This document shows positions 51,250 to 63,774 of a stretch of DNA of 64,000 nt, in pieces. Positions within the stretch are counted from its first letter, which is position 1; each line of letters starts with the position of its first letter. Both the position numbers and the translations under genes were made by a program. The notes below the pieces were generated by a model. The model saw only the letters and a program-made list of their open reading frames with translations, searched no databases and was not told where the DNA came from. The DNA comes from Phoronis australis. Lineage: Eukaryota; Animalia; Phoronida. The DNA lies in contig NMRA01000002.1 of assembly GCA_002633005.1 (NCBI GenBank), forward strand, positions 636,044 to 700,043, read 5' to 3'.

Positions 51250-54200
51250 GATGCTGTTGGGTGAGAGGAACTTCTTATTTATTCCTACTCGAACCTAATC
51301 ACACCACATCCCCCACTCGTTAAAAACAAATAGACAAATGGGGTGGGGGAAGTGGGGGAGGGGGGGCTGAGAACAAACTACACAATAGCCCACCGTATAC
51401 CAATTAAACGGCTACACTGACGGTAACAAAAAATTTGCAATATTCAAGAACTACAGTTCACGAATAGTATATGAATTCTGAGTAACATGACGGTCTTTTA
51501 ACTTGTCTTCCACTCTTGATGAACTTCACAGAGATCGGTACGCTGTCTTGGTCAACACGAGCCTTCACTGGTTCGACTGAAGATGGTTCTTGGGTACACT
51601 GTGTAGTCGGAGCAACAGGTGTGAAAGGTTTCTGTGGGACAGCTCTCATTTGAATTCGGTTCCATCGTTGTTGGTGTTCTTGTGGCATTTGCACAACGTA
51701 ACTCCTCGGTTCGGCACACTTTGCTGGAGAGTGGCGGTAATCCACGGACTTGCTGGGTCTGAACGGTTACACCTTGAACAACGAAAAGTAGATCCTGTGC
51801 TGTTTTGTTGTCGGTAGCCTTTTTGGGTGGTTTGTCGTGAAGCCGACGAAGGCTTAACGTCGTCGGCATCTGGCAGGTTATTGGCTATTTCACAGGGGTT
51901 GTCCTTGATACGGCGAGTGAATAACAGCTCTGACGGACTGTTTACTCGGCTGTCGATGGGAGTAGTTCTCAGTCGCAGCAGTGCTAGTTTTACGTCATCT
52001 AATGACTGTTTGGCATTCTTCATAGCCCGTCCCTTACCTGTCCGCCGCTCAATAAATCCGTTGGACTGCGGATACCGTGGTCACGACGTGACATGTTGGA
52101 ACTACTAGGTGGTCACAAAAGATCTATAAGCTTATCCGACAAACTGAGGTCCGTTGTCGGAACGTAGGATATCCGTTATTCCCAGCATGCCACAATGCTC
52201 CTTAGTCACAGTGGCGATGGCTTCTGAAGTAACATTTGTTGGTATGTGCTCTACATTGGAGAATTTTCGTGTAATAATCCGCAATTATTAGAAGTTGCTG
52301 ATGCTCCATCTGAAAAAGATCATTTCAGATGACACGGCAGGGACAAGGTTGGTGTTTCCGATTGCGTTAGTGATTCTGACTGTTGATATGGCTGATGTTC
52401 TCGACATACCTAACATGACCTGCACATTTCCTCAGTGTCGACATTTATCACGGGCCAATACACATATCTGTTGACACGTAATTGGGTCTTGATTATGCCA
52501 TGTGTCCAGTGTGCAAGCTCTGTAGTATGGGTGGAGGCAACGGCTCCGGTATGAAAAGACGTTCCCCTTTCATGATGATGCCGTTGTCAACGCCGAGGTG
52601 ATCCTGATGGGATCATATTGCCTGACCAATATCTGTTGGCAACTCTTTGATACTTTCTGGTCATCCTGTCACAATTACCTCTTTCAGCAAGTTGAGAGCG
52701 GGGTCGTTGGACGTTGCTGCCTGGATATCTTGAATCTTCGTCTTGTTGAATTGCAGCATAGCGACACGCACGTCCACGTCTATCACATCATCGGTGTCTG
52801 GGTTAGGAAGTCTACTGAAGGCGTCGGCCAATCCAGTGTCTACCAGATACATATTGGGCTTCGTACTCGGATCCTTGGATGCACAACATCCGGCTTGAAG
52901 ACATGGCGGCGCTGCTGCGATCGGCTAAGCTCATATCATTTCGAAGGGACGATGATCAAATCAAAGACCCGTCACTTTTGAAATTTGTCGTGATGCTGCT
53001 ACATCAAGCTGAATGTTCAGTCACGCTGGTTATGATGCCCTGTTCGAACATGCGGTCCAGTTCAGAACGCAGCTTACCTCTCATGTGGCCGAATAGAGTA
53101 TTTTGGCCGCGGGTCGATAAACGGGACGGCGTCACTCTTTAGATACAGTTTCCCTTTGTCACGTAAGTTACCTATTTTATCGAACTGCACTGGGTATAGT
53201 TCGGCAGATGAGATACGCTAGTGATCACCGGCTGGCTTCCCGGTGCGCTTTCTCTTGGCTGCGTCTCGGACGTAACGGATTGTACGGATTGATGAAGCTA
53301 GGCGATAGCTAGTTTCTCCGATGTTGGAAGTCTGAACACTGCTGTTCCATCGACAATATAGAACTTGGTCGTTTTCCATCTTTTTTCGAAGTTGCATAAC
53401 AGGGAAACACTACCGTACCATCGTATTGGTGCATCCTTGTAGGCTTTGAGGATGGTTCGTCCGATAGTGTCTAAGTTTTTTAATTATCGACTTTTTCGAG
53501 CATTTTGAAGGCTTCTTTCCACAAACTAGGACCTATTTCAAAAATCTGAGATACTGTTCTCTCAAAAATGCCGTTGTCAACAGGTTGACAAAAGATCAAT
53601 GTGATTGGAGGAACAAAATCAACAATTTTTAGCTAAAAAACGTATATCTCGTGAAATAATAAAGACAAGTAATAAATGTTGTTACAAAAGTTTTTCACCT
53701 TCCAGAAAATGTATACTTTGTAGGAATTAGAGCTAACGGATTTTAAGATATTTGCACATAAGTACAACCTGGTAGACATGGTTCACAGTTACCTTAAATC
53801 ACAATCAGACGTTTTCATTTTACAGCGAGTGTAAAACTGGTCAAGGTATTCAGTAGGATTTTGGTAGCAAAAGAGCAGGTCCAGTCTCGCTGCGCGGAAA
53901 TTTGGTTTTGTTATCTGCAGTCTTTCCTCAAATCGTCGGAAGATGATATCGGATTGTTTTTCCTCATCTTCGGACAATTTGAAAGTGTTGTATATGTAAA
54001 TATATGTATTTTTTATGTTTCATATATTTATTATCATTGATAAACAAGTACAAAAACAAACAAACAAATAAGTACATCCATTCATTCAAGTATGCAAACC
54101 CCAGGAAAGACCATTCTCGAATCTCGTATAAAATAAACAACTGCTACATGGAATTAACATGAACAATCAAATTTTCCAATTTCTCAGAGAAGCTGTCATG

Positions 54201-54449
54201 TACAAAATTTTTATATGCAATCAATTTTTCAGCATTACAGTACTCATAAGTTTATTGATGAAAAGAGCAGTGCGTTAGTTCAAGTCCTGAGCTCCAAACG
54301 TAACCGATGACACCGTGATGCCAATGTTTCCTACAGTTCTGTAGCAAAAATCCGTCGTTAACGATCTCACAGCTGCCGCCCCGTTGTTCAACGATGCTGT
54401 TGAGTGAGGGACAACTTATTTATTCCTACTCAAACCCAATCACACCACA
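51250..54449 (-). mobile_element. Decayed Ty3/Gypsy LTR retrotransposon
   Basis: Paired LTR starts TGTGGTGTGATT at 54449 and 51308, with polypurine tract GAGTGGGGGA before the 3-prime LTR. Relics: gag 53789-53977; protease/RT start ~53000-53440; RNase H end ADAFSRLP; integrase DILRSDNGPQF and PRYPQSNGFIER, then LALLRLRTTP...SPSELLFTRRIK. Many stops and frameshifts; most of RT appears deleted. The distal end of the 3-prime LTR is not resolved. Confidence 0.9.
54000..54260 (-). mobile_element. 3-prime fragment of an L1/Tx1-like LINE inserted in the Gypsy element
   Basis: Minus strand reads EYCNAEKLIAYKNFVHDSFSEKLENL, resembling the EKxIAxKN ORF2 C-terminus, followed by a T-rich UTR. Confidence 0.4.
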
Positions 54450-56324
54450 ACCCCCAGGACCAGTTTATAGGGCTCTTAGATCAAACTGGTAGTTTCTGTC
54501 CGTTTTCGATTCGATTTTTGAGGGGTGACATTTTAAGACGTGTGGTTCGGTCTGCTACCTCAATAGGTTAGGATTAGTGATTGGTCTAAACAGCTTTATT
54601 TCACTTTAAAAGCAAACACAATTCCATAGTTCAGATATGCGTTTTCAAAAACATTCAAGGCAACATATCGCTAACATTTTTGTTGGGCGACTACAGTAGT
54701 GAGCCGCCCATGCACTAAGATTAGTTTTGATCTCGGACTCTGCGTTGGCGTTGTGTTGGAATTCGAATACAGTGGAAATTATTCAAGTCAATATCTGACG
54801 TGTTTGAGACACAAACTTAGTATGCTCGTTGGTCCGGATTATACAATCACCGTGAGTCAATGGAAAATATTATGCGCCCTCCTAAAAATATATCCCTGCC
54901 CACTGTGCTGCGTTGTGTAGTCCCAAGACATTAGCTTGGACGGGCGGTAAGAAATCTTCGCTCACGGAACGCTAAAACAGTGAATGCAAGCGCAGTTCAA
55001 CAGTCCAACCACACCGACCATTTTGCTAGGTTACGCTTACGAAGTCTCCAGCATACTCGGGAAACACTCGCCTTTCACTCACGTGATTTTTCGTTATCTT
55101 ACGTGATCTCACTTTTCTCGCAGGAACATTGGACTACGGAAAGCTACTGTGTTTCCAGCCCAGTCATAACAATGGGGGTAATTTCCGATGAAAGAAACGT
55201 TGCTTAAGAAAAACTGAAAAAGCATCTGTGTTCAGAATCAGGTTTCCAGCCACGAAGTCGCCGACGGGGTTTACTTTTAGGAAACATTTTTAATGAAACA
55301 CAAATATGTAGTACTATTGGGAAAGCTTTCTGTAGTTAAAAATGGTGTTGCTTTTATTGACAACTAGCGATTATGAGGATATTTTAGTCGTCACCTTTCA
55401 GTTCTGAAACAAATGAATTAAAAGCTATTAAAACAGCACAATTCTTGTTATTTACTCCTGTAACAGTCATTAGTCATTGCCTACAATTAACGCCAAAGTC
55501 ATTATGGATTTGTGTCAAAATGATTTTTTCTCTTGATTTTTCGTAAGTGTTATGGCATTCGATGGCTGTGCAAACGACTTCGAGTGCTTTCCCAGACTAC
55601 TGAGAGGTTTATCAGGAAAATGTGCTTTTGAGAAATGTGCCAGCATAACCTTCTTTTCATAATTGATTACAAGTGATAGGAAGTACCAGTGGGCGAAACG
55701 TCTTAAAGATAAACTCGCACGTTTTGACATTTTTAGTAAAGCATATCAACGTTAACATGAAAAATTTACTTTGACTCAATGTTCCTGAGGTTGAGCTATC
55801 ATCATCAGCAAAGGCCAATATTGTTTACACCGTGTCTCTCTTCTTCCTTGTTGTGGTGATCATGCAGCCAATTTTCTATAGTTTTAAAAGTGTCACCGGG
55901 TTGTGACATAATGTCCGTCTCAAACAAGAACATCATTGCCTTTAAATATTGATAGTCGACGTACGTTTTCCAATACCAAAGTTCAGTGATATTCTAAGTT
56001 TCAACCACAGATGGAGGATTTTAAATGTCACCGAATCATTAATTGCAGTGTTCTTGACTTTTTACCGTTCTTATGATTAGGTGGATACATTGCGTCATAA
56101 CACCTTTATATGTAATACGCATGATGTCTCATTGTAGGGAGACGAAGAGGAATATAGATGTTCAGCTGTGTTGAAGTTATAATCAAAGAGAATTTAAATT
56201 AAATGAATTTACTAAAAAAAATAAATCACCGGGAGCATCCCGCTCCTTCTTAAGGAATGGTGGCACGGGAAGTGGAGCTTCTTACTGTGCTCTCGCGAGA
56301 TTTGATCGATTGTCGAGTTCTAAG

Positions 56325-56552
56325 CAGTGACGGATTCAATGCCTTAATAAATATGGCCTCATTGACGCCTCCTCAAACCAGTTCTTGTCCCTATTCAAAA
56401 TTTCAACATTGTCATTAGTGTGACAATTCAAATGCAAGTGACTATGCACCGCCGACGAAACACCTTCCCCACATTCCTCCGGTGTTGGTACAGCCGTTTC
56501 CGTTTTCCCAATATACTCCTCGGAACATTTTTCACTTTCACAACGGATGTGA
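56325..56552 (-). mobile_element. Penelope-like element GIY-YIG endonuclease fragment
   Basis: [18 protein letters not shown]...SAVHSHL...[12 protein letters not shown], then after a frameshift [15 protein letters not shown]. Confidence 0.8.
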
Positions 56553-56555
56553 CGT

Positions 56556-57115
56556 TCATTCACCCGTCCATCCATCCACACATCCATCCATCCATCAATC
56601 CACCCACCCATCCATAAATCCATATATCCATGTATGGATGGATGGATAGGTGCGTGGATTGATGAATGGATGGATGGATGGGAGGGTAGAAGGGTGGAGG
56701 TATGGATGGATGGATAGATGGATGGGTGGATCATCCATCCATACACACGTTCATTCATCCATCCATCCATCTATCCATTCACCAATCCACCCATCCACCT
56801 ATCCATCTATACTTACATCTACTCATCCATTCATCCATCCATCCATCTGTCCATTCGAGTGGATGGATGGATGAATCCATCCATCTTTCTAACCATCCAT
56901 CCATCCACCCGTCCGCCTAACCATCCATCCATTCAGCCATGCATCCATCCATCCGTCCGTCCGTCCGTCCGTCCGTCCGTCCGTCCGTCCGTCCGTCTGT
57001 CCACCCACCTACCCATCCATCCCTCCATTCATCCACCCATCCATCCCTCCCTCCATCCATCCTATCCATCCATCCATACATACATAGATTCTTTCAGCCA
57101 TCCATCCACCTGCAT
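56556..57115. repeat. (CCAT)n/(ATGG)n/(CCGT)n compound microsatellite with strand switches
   Basis: Tetranucleotide arrays alternating in orientation; the source of the HPSI/WMDG ORFs. Confidence 0.95.
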
Positions 57116-58058
57116 GCCCAGACAGACCCCAACACTCCTTCGCACACTCGCACTTTCATGACCCGGTTTATTCATACTGCACTTAACTAACACAATAGCT
57201 GACGTTTTAGATGCAGACTATTACAAATTGCACAATAACTAGCTATTTTTGGAGAAAACAAGGTTCGTTCGAACAAAAACATTTTTCTTCAAGACACTAA
57301 GACACTTAGCGAAGATAAACTATCAGTCATCTTCATAACCTCCAAGATAAATCTTGATAATGTCTGCCACTAGATAATGAAAAGTTTAATCATTACCCCT
57401 TCAAACATATTACATGTCATTTGTCAATGAGTTCAACCGAAAATTGAAACCTTATGTTTAGCTGCCATGTCACCCAAGATCATATGACTGATTTTAATTC
57501 TACACTGCATAATCAAACTTGAAACAAAGATCACAGCGACAAAATTGCTTTTTTTGGTCTAAAATGTCAACGCCTTGATTAAATGCCCAGTCGTCGGAAA
57601 AAACGATAACGTAATACATATTTATTATTCATTATAGTGACAGAATGCAATACAAAAACAAAATAGACCTTTTTGCAACACATCCTTAGCCTTTTGAGCT
57701 TATAAGTCACTTGATGCTAATTGACACGTAAGCGGTTAATAAGTGCTCATACACCAAGTATGATAAATAACGAAGAGAAACTAACGATGCCATTTCGCTC
57801 AGTATAAAAATGCTTTTTACACATCGAGTTGATTGGTGCGGTTCTATCCAAGTCGTTGAAAAAATGCTCCAAACGCATCAAACAATTAAAGTGCTTAAAC
57901 GACTCCGAAAAGTAGCATACGTGCACGCCCCATTCCATTTAGTATAGTAGAACGATGGCATATTGTAATAACGTCAACTTTGCTTCCCAAAAATACAACA
58001 TGCAAAGTGAGCTTTAAACATTAATATGTGCAATGCATTGTAGGCTCATCGTTTTTAA

Positions 58059-58295
58059 GCGTGGTATACACTGGCAAACTTGTTTGAAAACTCAAACTCG
58101 AGTTTGCAAACAAAAGCTTGCCCGTGTAGAAAGACGACTCGTCAGACACGGCTTAAGAGCTTGGCAAAGTTTGCTGGCAAAAGTTTGTCAAAATATAGAC
58201 TGGTTGCTAAAGTGACCAAAGCATCACCAAATGTAAGTTTAAGCGTGTTAACAAACAAGGATTTGATAAAGTTTGCTAGTGTAATTAAACCAGAT
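58059..58295. mobile_element. Harbinger-type MITE
   Basis: Imperfect TIR tacactggcaaact/agtttgctagtgta, internal AGTTTG motifs, TAA on the left flank. Confidence 0.45.
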
Positions 58296-60029
58296 TTGGG
58301 GGTTTTCAAGGTAACAAAATCACAGAGGTCAAACATATGACTTAAGTATTGACAACGTACGTAGTAGGAACAGAACCACTAATAGTCATGGAAGGTGACC
58401 AAAATAATAGTGCGCATGAAAACTATAAACTACTAAAGAAAACACGTGAGCTTGGCCACGCAGCCATATTGTTTTTGATCACGTCCTGGCAGTACTGGCT
58501 GGCCACTTAGGATAAGATAATCATTTATTTTTTTGCAACCCACATTTGGGCTATAGAATGCTGAAAACAGTCGTGCAAGTAGAATTGGGATGAGAAATGA
58601 ACTAAAAATGTCATGGCCTCCATCTTCAGGGAAATCAGTGAAAAAATCCCGCTATGAAGCCTCTTTGATGCAGAGTGATCTGGACCTTTTTCCGCTTAAG
58701 TCCAGGAATAATATACAACGATAATTTGCATAGAACTGATTACAGGATGGAGTCGCAGACAGTCTGCATTGAACAGAAGTTTCAAATCCGTGTTTCCCTC
58801 TGAGAATACACATTTACAGTTTACAAATTGGAATCGAGAGCGGAATCGATAAAAAAGCAATTCCGTGCTAACGCGATTTATGGGCACATGGGCATTTCAA
58901 TGAATGGTATGCTAATGGATGCACACAGCAGCGTGTTCATGTAATATGACGGTGAATACACACCCAGGCACATTTTCTGTTCCTCAGCTGATACTTTATA
59001 CCATTATGAAAGCGAATCGTTACCAAATGCGTTGTCTGGAAGTGCATCTGCGTAGCAGTAAATTCATAATTAGATGCACAAAAGAATGGTAGTCGACTGA
59101 CAGAACTTGCTGTACCAGTTTGACTCAAGTTATTATACCTGACTGTCAGTGGGCGAGACGCAACAATCCAATCTATATCGAAATATTACCTTAGTCAAGT
59201 GAATTATCATTTTTTAAGTGACCTATAGCAATGGCAAAATTTCATTCCTTGAGCTGCAAGTACCAGCCTCATTTATCACTTGATGTAACTCGTTTACGCA
59301 TATATATGACAATGTAGTGAGCTGAAGCACTGCTGGTTTTTCAAGATATATCGAAACATATACGCAGTTCCGGAAACACAAATGCGAGGTCGCTACATGC
59401 GAGCTAATCGCTGTGCGTATGATGTAGACCCTAACTTCATTATAGTTGACATCTACACTTCCCTCCTCACTCCTATTAATTGATTATCGATCTAAATGGA
59501 GTCTACCGGTCATTAACAGGCCGGATTATATGCTCTGCAAAATACTGGAGTGTACTTCATTATGCCAATCTGCACATGTTGTCTCCCATTGCGTCACACT
59601 CAGGTAGACATCAGAGTTAAGGTATTCGAGTGAGTTATCAAAAACTAGTGTAAAGACTCACAAGAAACATCAGTGATACCGCCGAACTCTTCAAACATCG
59701 CTTAAGGCGACGTTTCAAGAACTCGAACTGCGCATGTCCAAATTGAAAATTGCTTGAAAATGTACTCGTTGCAAAGCAATATCGACAAATTGTGTAATTA
59801 AACTACAGTCTCAAGTATGCAACACATGTTCCCTTTCATCTGCTCCGCTGCTTACATGTATTGGTGGACATCAGCAATCATTATCTGATTTTGCATGCAT
59901 TTTTAGCAGTCCGGGTAAAGCCAACCCAAAAATTCATTTTACAGCTATTCTAAGACTGATTTTTGCCCTTTCTAGTCATGCTTGAGTGAATTTTGCTTTT
60001 ACGAGTTGCTTTTTGTAGAATATCAACGT

Positions 60030-60264
60030 TGTTGATAAAAACAACGATGGATTTAAATCGGCTTGACATGTTTCGGCGTTTATTAAAACACCATCCTCAG
60101 AAGAAAAAAAACAATGGCCACTTTGCTAGGCACAAAAACAAGAAATGATACACAGACACAGTCAGTTACAGGGGAGTATAACAGTAGAATAGACGAACAA
60201 TGACAACCTGTGGTGTGCCAGGTGCCTATTGAGACTGGGCTTACACCAATTGAGATGTAGAGCC
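60030..60264 (-). repeat. Hammerhead-bearing repeat, copy B
   Basis: Aligns to copies A and C. Confidence 0.8.
60062..60103 (-). ncRNA. Type I hammerhead ribozyme with an intact core
   Basis: Minus strand reads CUU CUGAGGA U GGUGUUU UAAU AAACGCC GAAA CAUGUC AAG: CUGANGA core, 7-bp stem II, GAAA, palindromic ACAUGU stem III and a GUC site. Confidence 0.75.
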
Positions 60265-60461
60265 TAACGAATTTTCAGCTTGTCTATGCTGGATGTGGCC
60301 CCAGTTATATTGCCGAAACTATTCACCATTTGAAAACCCGGACCAGGGAACATTTAAATTTTGACAGGAGTTCAAATATTAATATTCATCTGCTGAGCTC
60401 CAATCATTGTTATGAGCAATGTTCTTTCAATGGCTTTGCTATAATATGAGGCTCTGCGTAT

Positions 60462-61022
60462 CAGTAGGGCCGTCCCAGACTACACGGCGGTAGAACTCTC
60501 CTTTGTCCTGCAGATAAGAAAGCGCGAGACTTAGTTTTGGAAATCAGGCACATTTTCGTGTCTCTCATTGATGTCGGGAAGGCAAAGAATTTGCGATCAC
60601 GTATCTACGGGTATTGTCTAATTTATCAAACTTTTTCACGTCGGAGTTGCAGCCCACTGCACGGCAGTAATACTTCGTTGGCATTGGAAGGACGAATAGA
60701 GTAATGCAACCGATAAAAACTTGTACAAAATCAGACAACAACAAATAAAGTGTGAAACTCCAATGGGACGAAAACGAGGTAGCAAATGTGCCTGACGGAT
60801 GTTTACGGCATTGTGGGTAAATACAGCGAGATTCTGGCCTGCGTTCAGTAGACGCTAGGACGTACGCTAGGACCTAGCTAAAACCTAGTCAAAGTCATGT
60901 GTTCTCATTTAAAATACACGGCAGTATCACACGTAATCTCGCGAAGTCTTTCTTTTTAGCGAGGTCCTAGCGTTACTGAACGGGAGGCGGGTGTCGCTGT
61001 GTAATTCAGGACAGCCCTATTG
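60462..61022. mobile_element. MITE (paralog of 35834-36246) carrying a nested insertion
   Basis: Termini CAGTAGGGCCGTCCC and GGACAGCCCTATTG. Confidence 0.7.
60838..60988. mobile_element. ~150-bp MITE (Harbinger-like); inverted copy at 61946-62098 and a partial copy at ~50260-50355
   Basis: Termini GCCTGCGTTCAGTA and TACTGAACGGGAGGC; absent from the paralogous host at ~35865. Confidence 0.75.
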
Positions 61023-61250
61023 ATGGAAGCCCAGTCTCAGCAGGCAACTGGCACACCGCAGGTTATCATTGTTAGTCTAGTCAACTGTCGGACTGACTGT
61101 CTGTGTATCATTACTTGTTGTCAAGGTGGCTACTGTTTGTGCTTCTGAGGATGGTTTTTCGATAAACGCCAAAGCATGTCAAGCCGGTTTAAATCCATCG
61201 TTGTTTTTATCAACATATACTGCTACTTGTTATCATGGAAATGTCAACGC
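61022..61250 (+). repeat. Hammerhead-bearing repeat, copy C; ribozyme at 61141-61184 has a damaged core
   Basis: GCTT CTGAGGA T GGTTT..AAACGCC AAAG CATGTC AAGC, with GAAA changed to AAAG. Confidence 0.75.
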
Positions 61251-61945
61251 CAAGAATTTTTGATGTAGACGCCACTGCGCATGCCTAAGCCTAATGTGGA
61301 CAACAATTATGGGGTCGTAAACGTTTTCTTCGGTCACGAGAATAGCACACTTGCCATACAGCACCCTCTACTGCTCTAGAATATAAAGCGATGAGTGGAC
61401 TTATTACAACGCGCTCCAATCAGGCTTCAGCAAGCGCGCATATAACGTTCCAAGTTCGAAAATAAACGTTTCACCTATCATGTAGAGGGTAAAACGGTCA
61501 TTAGATTCGCTTCAACAGATACCTTCACGCAGGCGTAAAATAATGCAGGAAAACCTCTCCCTTTGCTCTTATTTCAACAAAACACACTTCGTTCGACATC
61601 TCGTGTTATGTCCATTCATAAACAAAATCGACGTTGCCGAGTTTTGAATACTACTATACCGTAGTCTTTGCAATGAGCCAATGAGAGGCGGTGTTGGATT
61701 ATACATTGGTATTGCCTTTGTTTGAACCAAGGTATTATTTATAATACACCTGTTGGCTGAAAATGTAGCATTACGTCTTCTATATTCATTGGCTGGTTTC
61801 ATTCTATATCTGCTAATGTTTGGATGACCGGAATCCCACTGCCCATTGTAGAGTGACGTAGTAATCTGTTTCAAAAAGGTCAATACTGAAGCGGTCACGT
61901 GCTCCGCCTGCAATACATGACAATGGGTGCACTTGATTGACATCT

Positions 61946-62098
61946 GCCTCCCGTTCAGTAGCGCTAGGACCTCGCTAAAAAGCAAGACTTCGCGAGATTA
62001 CTTGAGGTATTGCCGTTTATTTTAAATGAGAACACGTGACTTTGACTAGGTCTTAGCTAGGTCCTAGCGAAGGTCCAAGAGTCTACTGAACGCACGCC
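61946..62098. mobile_element. ~150-bp MITE, inverted copy of 60838-60988
   Basis: Termini GCCTCCCGTTCAGTAG and CTACTGAACGCACGC. Confidence 0.75.
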
Positions 62099-63544
62099 TG
62101 ATTGGTTCTTGATGAAGACTTCCGGCTTAAGGTGCCTTGATCGGTTGACCCAGTGAAACCGGTGAAGTCAATCACTTAAGTGTACGGATATTTGAGCGAA
62201 TTCGTAACGCTGCTTTTCATAGATTTTATCATTTCGAAATCCAACAAATATAAGCTAGAACACGTACAGTGTACTCAAAGTAACCTGGAAGTTTTATGAG
62301 AGTTGTGCGACATGAGATAATTTGTAATAAAGTTCACTGACTAATTTTATTTTTGGTTAAAAACTGAGTAGAAGCTAACGGAAGGCAGTTCACGCTCATC
62401 CGATTGAGCGTTCCACAGGAAAGAGTTGCTGAGTAGTTGAAATTAATGTATGATTAACGAGAGACTACTTCCGTCGTGAACAGTGGATTAATAGCCGGAT
62501 GCTATCTCCTTCTCTGTTGTAACTCTGTGCGTGCTTGCACATGCAGCTTCATGGGAACGCAATTCCAAAAATCATATCGTAAAGCAAAATCGTGAAAATG
62601 GGCCCAAACCAAAATCTGAAACGTAGGACTTTTAACACATGTCGTTCAGACATTTACACTATTTAGCTGGCGTAAAACGAACACCGAATGAGACCTTTTA
62701 CTCTCTTAAAACATGATATGACTCTATTTCCATCATAAACAAGAACATTGAAACCACCAGCGACTCAAGATAACGCTTCAGAGTTAATTGCTGTTGGCGC
62801 ACGTACGCAAGGCATGTGAATTGAGTTGGTAACGGAAATACAATTCTGTCACGGATAGGAATATTATGAAGCCGTTTTGATCAGAGTAAAGGCTTGCGCT
62901 ATTTTCGTTTTTAACCACATAAACAGGGCGTGGACAGTTTAGGAATAGCTGGAAGAAATATGTTAAAGAAACTTGTTCCGTTAGATTCACCAATTTAAAA
63001 CACGTGGTTAGTCTCGTTAGTCTAAAGACATCACTAAAATGTAAACATGTCTTAACTATCATCCCTGTTTGCCTTATTTTACTGTTATTTTGTTTTTAAA
63101 TTGGGCGGGTTCCCAATGAAATCTCATTACTTATGGCGGCAGTTGATTGAGTACCCATAATGCAAGTATGGTGTTCTTATTTTAGACAAATGTTTAATAT
63201 ATTCTAAACATTGCATTAAAATCCCATCCGAAAAGGTGGGCCTATTTAATGTACGTGATTTATGTCTGATTTATGTCTACCGACCACAGATATTTGTTTT
63301 CTCAAAATGAGTTCCCTAATTTGAAAAATTGGAAAACGGCAATTATTGAACCAATGAGCTCAGAATAGCTTTGGACTCGGAAAAGTAATAAGACAACTTG
63401 GTCTAATATGAAAGACATAGAATCGAGTCTCAGTAACAAAGCACAATACAGTCTCGCCTAATTACGTTCTGTAGCACTAATGAGACGCTACAAGCGAGAG
63501 AATAAAGACGCGTCTTATCTCCGAGATGGACTCAACGCTGGCAG

Positions 63545-63600
63545 ATATTACGATCTCCCGCGCAGGTCACGCATGCGCGCGAACACTGCCCAAGAACATA
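63545..63600 (+). promoter_or_regulatory. Possible promoter patch with an NRF1-like motif
   Basis: Local CpG cluster cccgcgcaggtcacgcatgcgcgcg about 150 bp upstream of the putative exon at 63737. Confidence 0.25.
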
Positions 63601-63736
63601 ATGCCAATATTCCTCATCACTTATTATCCAGTCGTTGTTCGAGCGCACTGAAACCATCCATCTGGCGTGTTTGCTCTTTGTGACTGCACAGAGGTGATAA
63701 TTGCCAAGTTGTTTTTACTGCTCATTAAAGTGTGCG

Positions 63737-63774
63737 ATGGAGGAGCGGCTGGAATCACTGAAAAACTTTTTCAG
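63737..63774 (+). CDS. Putative alternative first coding exon (MEERLESLKNFF)
   Basis: gcgATGG start context and CAG|GTAAGG donor in phase 2, the same phase as the end of exon 41564-41759. An upstream CpG-rich patch contains CGCATGCGCGCG. Confidence 0.4.

Noticed and set aside
56650-57190. ORFs of up to 147 aa rich in HPSI/WMDG
   Set aside because: They are translations of a tetranucleotide microsatellite.
425-63683. The remaining 60-140-aa ORFs in the track
   Set aside because: They have no recognisable domains or splice context, many use non-ATG starts, and they are of a size expected by chance.
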